From a virus (taxonomy: Duplodnaviria; Heunggongvirae; Uroviricota; Caudoviricetes): a stretch of DNA of 64,000 nucleotides. The DNA is taken from the IMG/VR virus record IMGVR_UViG_3300021600_000004. One strand, given 5' to 3'. The notes below the pieces were generated by a model, which saw nothing but the letters and a program-made list of their open reading frames with translations, made no database searches and was not told the origin of the DNA. Below, piece after piece: positions 57,480 to 64,000 of this stretch. How positions within the stretch are numbered: position 1 is the first letter of the stretch; the number at the start of each line of letters is the position of its first letter. The position numbers and the translations under genes are program-made.

Positions 57480-57666
57480 TTCAATAATTAATTATGATAT
57501 TGAGCGAGAATATCTCACTGATTTCATATATTTGCTAGAGGAAGAAGCTTTAATAGATGAGAAAATACGTAAAGAATTTAACAAAAAGCCTGCAGAGATA
57601 ATTGTTCTTAATAAAGATAAATTGAAGAAACAACATGAAAATAAACATAACGCTCTTCCATTTTGA
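57472..57666 (+). CDS. Hypothetical protein, ~64 aa (internal start of track ORF 57403..57666)
   Basis: ATGAATAA start-stop overlap with the preceding mini-ORF. Confidence 0.35.
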   Translation: MNNSIINYDIEREYLTDFIYLLEEEALIDEKIRKEFNKKPAEIIVLNKDKLKKQHENKHNALPF

Positions 57667-58261
57667 ACAAATACTATCATCTGGATATAGTCTTGATTTA
57701 TTGTATTTCTTAAAGCTTGTAGAAGAAGGAGAAGATGTAACACAATTATGTGAGAGTGAAAAGCTCAGTGTGTTGTGTCAATCTGCAAGAAGAAAGGGAT
57801 TGCTATCAGAAGCTTTTAAAATCACTATGATTGGTAAAGCAGTAATGAGTTTCTTAGATGAGGAAATTACAGCAGAAACTAAATTAGTTAAGAAGAAACC
57901 AAATGTTGAAGATTTTGAGTTATGGTGGAAAACCTATCCAGGTACTGATACATTCACACATAAGAATCAGAATTTTGTAGGTACTAGAAGTATGCGTGTA
58001 AAGAAAGATGAATGCAAGGTGAAGATTAACAGTATTCTAGCTGAAGGTGAATATACTATCAAGGAAATGATAGCAGCATTAGAATACGAAGTGTTACAAA
58101 AGAAAGAGAATTCTGTAAAGGTGAAGACTAACAAACTTACTTATATGCAGAATAGTCTAACTTATTTAAATCAAAGAAGCTTTGAACCATTCATTGAATT
58201 AGTTAAAGAGGGTAAAAAGGTTGTAGAAGAACCAATAGTTACAGGAGGCACAGATATATGA
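57635..58261 (+). CDS. Hypothetical protein, 208 aa
   Basis: ORF. Confidence 0.45.
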   Translation: MKINITLFHFEQILSSGYSLDLLYFLKLVEEGEDVTQLCESEKLSVLCQSARRKGLLSEAFKITMIGKAVMSFLDEEITAETKLVKKKPNVEDFELWWKTYPGTDTFTHKNQNFVGTRSMRVKKDECKVKINSILAEGEYTIKEMIAALEYEVLQKKENSVKVKTNKLTYMQNSLTYLNQRSFEPFIELVKEGKKVVEEPIVTGGTDI

Positions 58262-58428
58262 CACCAAAAGAAAAAGCAGAAGAATTAATAGGAAAATTTG
58301 ATGGTTATATCCATTATGCAGAATTTGCAGTAGATGAAATACTAAGTGTAATATGGCATGCGTCTGTTATACGAACCTATGATATAGAATATTGGAAAGA
58401 AGTTAAACAAGAACTAGAAAAGTTATGA
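58258..58428 (+). CDS. Unlisted 56 aa ORF (MTPKEKAEELIGKFDGYIHYAEF...)
   Basis: Hand translation; ATGA overlaps on both sides. Confidence 0.3.
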   Translation: MTPKEKAEELIGKFDGYIHYAEFAVDEILSVIWHASVIRTYDIEYWKEVKQELEKL

Positions 58429-59489
58429 GTTTTGAAATCCTTAAAAATGAAGTGCAAGCAGGGCTTGATGGACGCAATAATGGTATCCCTATGGGCTTTA
58501 ATAGGCTTAATAGATATATAGGTATCAGGAAGTCCATGTACACCCTAGTTGGTGGATTAACAGGATCTGGTAAAACTAGCTTCATTGATGATGCATATGT
58601 TCTTAATCCATTTGATTGGTATATAAGCAAAGCTAATACAACAAATATTAAGCTTAGAGTTATATATCGTTCTATGGAGAGAAGTGGAACATATAAATTA
58701 GCTAAATGGATCTCTAGAAAAATCTTCATAGATGAGGGAATAATCATTCCTGTTAATAAATTATTAGGTTGGACTGAGAAAATGACCAAAGATGAGCATG
58801 ATTTATTCTTAATGTATGAAGATTATGCTGCACAAATGAAAGAGGTTGTTACAATTATTAGTGGACCAGAGAACCCAGTGGGAGTTGCTAAAGAGTTGAA
58901 AGACCATGCTTTAGAGAATGGTAGGATAGAACAGTTAGATAAATACAATAAGGTTTATATTCCCAATAATGAGAATGAAATAACTATTGTTGTTATAGAT
59001 CATATTGGCCTATTAAAGACTACAACAGCACAACCTAACAAAAAAGCAGCTATTGACAAAATGAGTGATGAGCTCAGGTATGCTAGAGATTTCTATGGAT
59101 ATAGTCCTGTAGTGGTGAGTCAGTTTAATAGAGACATTAGTAATCCTATTAGGAAGAAGAATGGAGATGTTGAACCACAGCTAGAAGATTTTGCTGATAG
59201 CTCAAGTACACAAAATGATGCTGATATTGTGCTATCACTGTTTGATCCTATGAGATATAAGGTGTTAGATCCTAGTGGATATGACCTTACAAAACTTAAA
59301 GATCATTATGGTGCTAAGTATTTTAGAAGCCTTAGATTGATTAAGAATAGCTATGGTGAAGATGATATACGCATTGGTCTAGGTTTTCTAGGTCAAATTG
59401 GTATGTTTAAAGAACTTAAAAAGCAAAGAGATATGGAGATAGAAGATTATGATTCAGTAATAGATAAAAGTTTTTTCTTAAACAAATAA
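58425..59489 (+). CDS. DnaB-like replicative helicase (RecA-fold C-terminal domain type), 354 aa
   Basis: Walker A GGLTGSGKTSF; Walker B and H2 VVIDHIGLL; H3-like SQFNR (compare DnaB SQLNR). Confidence 0.6.
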   Translation: MSFEILKNEVQAGLDGRNNGIPMGFNRLNRYIGIRKSMYTLVGGLTGSGKTSFIDDAYVLNPFDWYISKANTTNIKLRVIYRSMERSGTYKLAKWISRKIFIDEGIIIPVNKLLGWTEKMTKDEHDLFLMYEDYAAQMKEVVTIISGPENPVGVAKELKDHALENGRIEQLDKYNKVYIPNNENEITIVVIDHIGLLKTTTAQPNKKAAIDKMSDELRYARDFYGYSPVVVSQFNRDISNPIRKKNGDVEPQLEDFADSSSTQNDADIVLSLFDPMRYKVLDPSGYDLTKLKDHYGAKYFRSLRLIKNSYGEDDIRIGLGFLGQIGMFKELKKQRDMEIEDYDSVIDKSFFLNK

Positions 59490-59490
59490 T

Positions 59491-59661
59491 ATGAATATTA
59501 AAACAAATGTATATAACACCTTACCTAGTAAGAAGGATCATTGGTGGCAGATAGTGTTTCTACCAACGATTAGTATGATGAATAATATCCAGAAGAATGA
59601 TCCATACACAGCAGTTAATTTTGAATGGCTATTTTGGTCATTAACTTTTATAATTTCATAA
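59491..59661 (+). CDS. Unlisted 56 aa ORF
   Basis: Hand translation (MNIKTNVYNTLPSKKDHWWQIVFLPTISMMNNIQKNDPYTAVNFEWLFWSLTFIIS). Confidence 0.25.
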   Translation: MNIKTNVYNTLPSKKDHWWQIVFLPTISMMNNIQKNDPYTAVNFEWLFWSLTFIIS

Positions 59662-59662
59662 C

Positions 59663-59908
59663 ATGGATAAGCAAACATATTTAGCATATAGATCAAGAAA
59701 TAATGATGCTATATTATATGAGTATTATTTAGAACATCGTGATAGTGATAAACATAAACTTTTATCAAATTCTGAGTTTCAACTATATATAAGAATGTGG
59801 GCTAATCCTTTAGCAAATCTATTTTTTGAGATTTGTTCTCGTTATGATGAGAAGTTTAATGTAATAACAATTCTTGATAAAGACGGTAAACCAATAGCTT
59901 ATGGGTAA
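59663..59908 (+). CDS. Hypothetical protein, 81 aa
   Basis: ORF. Confidence 0.4.
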   Translation: MDKQTYLAYRSRNNDAILYEYYLEHRDSDKHKLLSNSEFQLYIRMWANPLANLFFEICSRYDEKFNVITILDKDGKPIAYG

Positions 59909-60986
59909 TACAATAAGAGACCAGAGACAAGCAGAATTTGCTGATGTATGGTTAAAAGAGAAGTTTGGTATTCTTAATCTATGTCCAAGGTTTGGTAAAA
60001 TCTTTACAACAATCAACATCCTACAAAAGCTTGATAAGCATGCTACAATATTGATTGCTTATCCAGATGTAAAAATTAAAGAATCTTGGGAACATGATTT
60101 TGTTGCTAGAAAGTATAACAATCCAAACATCACCTATACAACACACCTATCTTTACATAAATACAAGGATAAGTTGTTTGATTTGGTGATTATAGATGAG
60201 ATACATTTATTGTCTGATGCACAGCTAGATGCTGCAGAAGAACTCCTGCTTGAAAACATGTATGTTCTAGGGCTTACAGGAACTCTTGCTAGAGATACAG
60301 AGCTAGAACTATTAGAGCGTCTAGAATTGCCTGTAATAGCTGAATATCCTATAGAACAGGCTATTAATGAAGGAGTTATTGTGGATTATCAAATCACAAT
60401 AAAGCATGTGCCATTAGATAATAAGATAAAGATTAACTACAAGGATAAACTAAAGACAGAAAAGCAACAGTTTGATGCTTATGGTTGGGTGATTAACAAG
60501 GTTCAGGCACAAGGAAAGGACACAATGTTCTTAAGACTAGCTAGAATGAGAATCATCCAGAACAGTCTTGCTAAGTTACAAGCAACTAGAGAGCTATTAC
60601 AAAAGCATGCAGATGAACGTATATTGGTTTTCTGTGGTGTAACAGCAATAGCAGACAATCTTGGTATACCATCCTATCATAGTAAATCTACTGAGAAAGA
60701 TGTGTTTGCAGAGTTTGCTGAAGGAAAAGGAAATCATTTAGCTGTTGTGAAGATAGGTAACACAGGTGTTACATATAAACCACTTAACAGAGTGATTATC
60801 AACTACTTTGATAGCAATGCTGAGAATTTAGCTCAAAGGATAAACAGATGTATGGCTATGGAATATAACACTCCAGATAAGAAAGCCCATATATACATCA
60901 TTTGTTCCAATGAAGAGGTGGAAATAAAGTGGCTTAAGAAAGCTCTTGAATTTTTTGATAACAGTAAAATTAAATACATATTATGA
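59901..60986 (+). CDS. SF2 helicase (DEAH-box) family protein, 361 aa
   Basis: Motif II VIIDEIH; motif III LGLTGTLAR. Confidence 0.5.
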   Translation: MGNTIRDQRQAEFADVWLKEKFGILNLCPRFGKIFTTINILQKLDKHATILIAYPDVKIKESWEHDFVARKYNNPNITYTTHLSLHKYKDKLFDLVIIDEIHLLSDAQLDAAEELLLENMYVLGLTGTLARDTELELLERLELPVIAEYPIEQAINEGVIVDYQITIKHVPLDNKIKINYKDKLKTEKQQFDAYGWVINKVQAQGKDTMFLRLARMRIIQNSLAKLQATRELLQKHADERILVFCGVTAIADNLGIPSYHSKSTEKDVFAEFAEGKGNHLAVVKIGNTGVTYKPLNRVIINYFDSNAENLAQRINRCMAMEYNTPDKKAHIYIICSNEEVEIKWLKKALEFFDNSKIKYIL

Positions 60987-61132
60987 ACATTGTAGAATTG
61001 CAAGAAAAACATGAAGAGTTAAGAGAAATATTAATAAAATATGGTTGTAAAGAACATGGTGATGTTATAATTGATCACATATGTTCTCTTTTCGATTATC
61101 CACAAACAACCATTTATTATAAAGAAGATTAA
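60983..61132 (+). CDS. Unlisted 49 aa ORF
   Basis: Hand translation; ATGA overlap with the helicase stop. Confidence 0.25.
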   Translation: MNIVELQEKHEELREILIKYGCKEHGDVIIDHICSLFDYPQTTIYYKED

Positions 61133-61144
61133 AATTAAATATGT

Positions 61145-61342
61145 ATGATAATTGAATTAATAGAAGAGAAAAAAGTAGGACATGAAACTTTTTACTCAGT
61201 GGTACAAGATGGTAGATTTATATCAGGATCTTGTTATAGAGACACAGCTGAGGAACTATATGAAACAATAGTAAACCAACGGAAAAATGATGAAAAAGAT
61301 ACAAAAATTATTTTGAAATCTGAAGAAATTGATGTACCTTAG
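61145..61342 (+). CDS. Hypothetical protein, 65 aa
   Basis: ORF. Confidence 0.35.
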   Translation: MIIELIEEKKVGHETFYSVVQDGRFISGSCYRDTAEELYETIVNQRKNDEKDTKIILKSEEIDVP

Positions 61343-61369
61343 AAGCATAAAATAACTAAATATTTAACT

Positions 61370-62041
61370 ATGGCAAGCAAATTGATTGGGATTGTAGGTC
61401 AAACAGGCACTGGTAAATCCACTGCTATTAAACACCTAGATCCAACAGAAACCTACATTATTAATGTAGCAAAAAAGGAACTACCGTTTAAGGGTTCTGA
61501 GAAGCTATATAACGCTGAAAACAAGAATTACAAGGAAATTGATGATGCTAATGAAATCACTCGTTTATTGAGAAACATTTCTGATAAGGCACCACACATC
61601 AAGAACATCATTATTGAAGACTCTAATTACATTATGGGATTCAGTATTGTTTCTAAAGCTACAGAGATTGGATTTACTAAATTCAGTATTATGGCTAGAG
61701 ATATGGTAGATTTGTTCAGAGAAGCTCGTAGATTAAGAGATGATTTAAAAGTGTTCTATTTCTCACATCCTGAAACTATTGAAGATGGTGGAGAGATTAT
61801 AGGATATAAGATTAAGACAGCAGGTAAGCTGATTGATAATCAGATTGTTCTAGAGGGATTGTTCACTGTGTGTTTGTACACATATGTTGATGAGAATAAA
61901 GATGGTTCAGCTACATATAGTCTATTAACTAATAGATATAAGAAATACCCAGCTAAGAGTCCAGATGGAATGTTCCCAGAGGTTAAAATCCCAAATAATT
62001 TACAGACAATTGTAGATTCTGTAGATGCCTATTATAAATAA
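61370..62041 (+). CDS. P-loop ATPase (Sak4 or RecA-like small ATPase candidate), 223 aa
   Basis: Walker A GIVGQTGTGKST; Walker B-like IIIEDSNY. Confidence 0.5.
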   Translation: MASKLIGIVGQTGTGKSTAIKHLDPTETYIINVAKKELPFKGSEKLYNAENKNYKEIDDANEITRLLRNISDKAPHIKNIIIEDSNYIMGFSIVSKATEIGFTKFSIMARDMVDLFREARRLRDDLKVFYFSHPETIEDGGEIIGYKIKTAGKLIDNQIVLEGLFTVCLYTYVDENKDGSATYSLLTNRYKKYPAKSPDGMFPEVKIPNNLQTIVDSVDAYYK

Positions 62042-62057
62042 CAAAAACTAGAAAACA

Positions 62058-62936
62058 ATGAGTAACATTGGAGGAGTAAAAAGAGAACAACAGCAGTTTG
62101 AAAACACAGAATTCGTAAAGAAGGTAGGACTGTTTGAAGCAAATGTAATTGCAATTAATCCTGATGCTGAAGAGTATAAGGACTTGCTAGGTATGGAACT
62201 TAAAGAAGACAGCAAGACTGTTGAGTATTTAGGAACTAGTAAAGAAGGTGGTAACAAAACCTTGCGTGTAGACTTCTGGTTAGAAGAAATCAAAAAGAAG
62301 GATAAGCTTAAGGTGACATTCTTCTTAGAGAACAAAGAGAAAGAGAACAAAGATGCTACTAAGAAACAGTATATCAACAATGTTGGTCAATGCTCTTGGG
62401 CTGATGATGTAAACAACTTACCAACATGGTTCTCTAATAGAGACTATCGTGTAGCATTTGTGGGAGAAGAAGAATTATATAACTTCTTACGCACATGGTT
62501 AGGTAATCTTGATTTAAGAAATGCTGAATCTACATTAGAATTAGATTGGAGCAAATTGATGAAGGGTAATGTTAAAGATTTGAAGAGTCAAATTGATGGA
62601 GAATGGTGCACAAGCACATTAGCTTTAGCAACAGTTAAAACTGTAGAGAAAGAAGATGGTGTTAAAGAGTATCAAGGTGTTTATAACAAAGCTTTCTTAC
62701 CTGCTTATAACCTTAAGCAATTTAGATTGGTTGATTATGGCAGAACAGATGTTCTTAAAACATTACGTGCTAAGAAATCTAAAGACTTAAAACCTCATGA
62801 AAGGTTTGTAATTAATGTCACTGGTGAATATGGTTGTAGAGACTATTATACATTCAAGGATATTAAAGACTATAATACAGACGATAATCTAGTAGCTTCG
62901 GATAAAGTGATAGCTGAAGATGATGCTGACTTTTAA
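62058..62936 (+). CDS. Putative single-stranded DNA-binding protein (292 aa) with an acidic C-terminal tail ending in Phe
   Basis: C-terminus ...VIAEDDADF resembles the acidic, Phe-terminated tails of SSB and T7 gp2.5; sits directly downstream of the ATPase. Confidence 0.35.
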   Translation: MSNIGGVKREQQQFENTEFVKKVGLFEANVIAINPDAEEYKDLLGMELKEDSKTVEYLGTSKEGGNKTLRVDFWLEEIKKKDKLKVTFFLENKEKENKDATKKQYINNVGQCSWADDVNNLPTWFSNRDYRVAFVGEEELYNFLRTWLGNLDLRNAESTLELDWSKLMKGNVKDLKSQIDGEWCTSTLALATVKTVEKEDGVKEYQGVYNKAFLPAYNLKQFRLVDYGRTDVLKTLRAKKSKDLKPHERFVINVTGEYGCRDYYTFKDIKDYNTDDNLVASDKVIAEDDADF

Positions 62937-62998
62937 TAATTAAAAATTATAAGAAAGCCTCATCAAACTTGGTGGGGCTTTTTTATTAAACCTGTATT

Positions 62999-64000
62999 AT
63001 GATTAAAGGAGTGAAAAAGACTATGCTTAGCATGGATGCTATTCTTAGTAGAATATCTGAATATGATATATTTAGGTATTATATGCCCACTCATGATTGG
63101 AAGCTGAATGTTGTGACATATTCTCCATTTAGAAAAGAGAACAATCCTTCATTTGTTATTGGTAATAAGCTTGGTTATTTATCATTTATTGATTTTGCTG
63201 ATACAAGCAGACGTGGTGATTGTTTCAACTTTGTACAAATACTATTCAGTCTTCGTGATAACAGTGAGGTGTTAAAGCTAATAGATAAAGATTTCAACCT
63301 AGGATTTGCTAGTGGTGTATATTCAGATGATTATAAGAAAATAGTGTCTGAATACAAGCAACCACAAGAAATAGGTAAGAGATATTCTTTAATCCAGGCT
63401 ACCACCAGAAAGTTTACACAAGAAGAATTAGCGTATTGGGCTGAATATCATCAGGATATACAAGATCTTAGAGACAATAACATATATTCTATTAAAACAC
63501 TCTATCTAAACAAGTCTAAGTTTCCTCTTAAAGAGAATGAATTAAGGTTTGGTTATCTGTATGGTGCAAGCTGGAAGATATATAGACCATTTGCTGATAA
63601 AAAGAGCAAATGGATGCCTAATAATGTTCCTATTACAACAATGGATGGTTTACAAGATGTAGAAGATTGTAAAATAGCATTCATTAATAAGAGTAAGAAG
63701 GATTATATGGTGATGAAGAAGATATTTCCCTGCAGTTGTGCTGTCCAGAATGAAGGTGTTGGATGTTTCTCACATGAGAATGTAGAATATTTAAAAGCTA
63801 ACAGTGACCAACAGATATTGAGTTTCGATAGTGATGTTACAGGTGTACAGAATAGTCAACAGATTACAAAACTGTTTGATTTTGGCTATTGTAATGTTCC
63901 TAAAAAATATCTAACAGAAGGTATTAAAGACTGGGCTGATCTTGCAAAGATTTATGGTATGAAAACAGTTGAGCAAATATTAAAACAAAAAGGTATTTTA
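62999..64000 (+). CDS. DnaG or TOPRIM-like primase, 3'-truncated at the window edge (>=333 aa)
   Basis: Hand translation shows an open frame to 64000. N-terminal YSPFRKENNPSFVI resembles the primase Zn-finger motif CPFHxExTPSF with the metal ligands replaced; ILSFDSDVTG is a TOPRIM DxD motif. Confidence 0.5.
   Translation, partial: MIKGVKKTMLSMDAILSRISEYDIFRYYMPTHDWKLNVVTYSPFRKENNPSFVIGNKLGYLSFIDFADTSRRGDCFNFVQILFSLRDNSEVLKLIDKDFNLGFASGVYSDDYKKIVSEYKQPQEIGKRYSLIQATTRKFTQEELAYWAEYHQDIQDLRDNNIYSIKTLYLNKSKFPLKENELRFGYLYGASWKIYRPFADKKSKWMPNNVPITTMDGLQDVEDCKIAFINKSKKDYMVMKKIFPCSCAVQNEGVGCFSHENVEYLKANSDQQILSFDSDVTGVQNSQQITKLFDFGYCNVPKKYLTEGIKDWADLAKIYGMKTVEQILKQKGIL

Noticed and set aside
1-64000. 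Integrase, reverse transcriptase (DGR or retron), toxin-antitoxin or CBASS-like defence islands
   Set aside because: No ORF shows the corresponding catalytic motifs: tyrosine-recombinase R-K-H-R-H-Y, a YxDD reverse-transcriptase box, or cyclase and nucleotidyltransferase GS...DxD signatures.

Overview
This AT-rich, densely coded 64 kb window looks like part of a tailed-phage genome, probably a crAss-like or other Bacteroidota-infecting phage. That assignment is inference from gene content, absent Shine-Dalgarno spacing, Thr-rich linkers and Bacteroidetes-type signal peptides. The window has two divergently transcribed arms and no integrase, tRNA or CRISPR array. Two strand-specific modules meet at an ~830 bp control region (43349-44183).

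The minus-strand arm (43348 down to 1) is a virion-morphogenesis module. From its 5' end it carries a winged-helix regulator, an HU/IHF-like protein, small genes, the large terminase, the portal, an SPFH/band-7 protein, an acidic scaffold-like protein and a putative major capsid protein. These are followed by several tail-fibre-like proteins with poly-Thr linkers and shuffled terminal domains, a metallophosphoesterase, and a block of giant proteins of 1617, 1580, 1014 and 937 aa. The 1580 aa protein ends in an Amidase_2 peptidoglycan-hydrolase domain. A fifth giant ORF runs off the window edge at 1..6959 (at least 2319 codons); it is not in the supplied ORF track because it has no stop inside the window.

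The plus-strand arm (44184 to 64000) holds early and replication genes. It begins with many small acidic or Zn-ribbon proteins, including three tandem genes that each end in an almost identical terminator hairpin. It continues with a holin-like and lipoprotein mini-cassette, tandem Zn-ribbon paralogs, a free-standing GIY-YIG homing endonuclease abutting a family-B DNA polymerase, a DnaB-like helicase, an SF2 helicase, a P-loop ATPase, an SSB-like protein and a primase truncated at the window edge.

The most notable non-coding signals are an iteron-like array and palindromic operators in the control region, and conserved paired sequence blocks repeated in two early intergenic regions.
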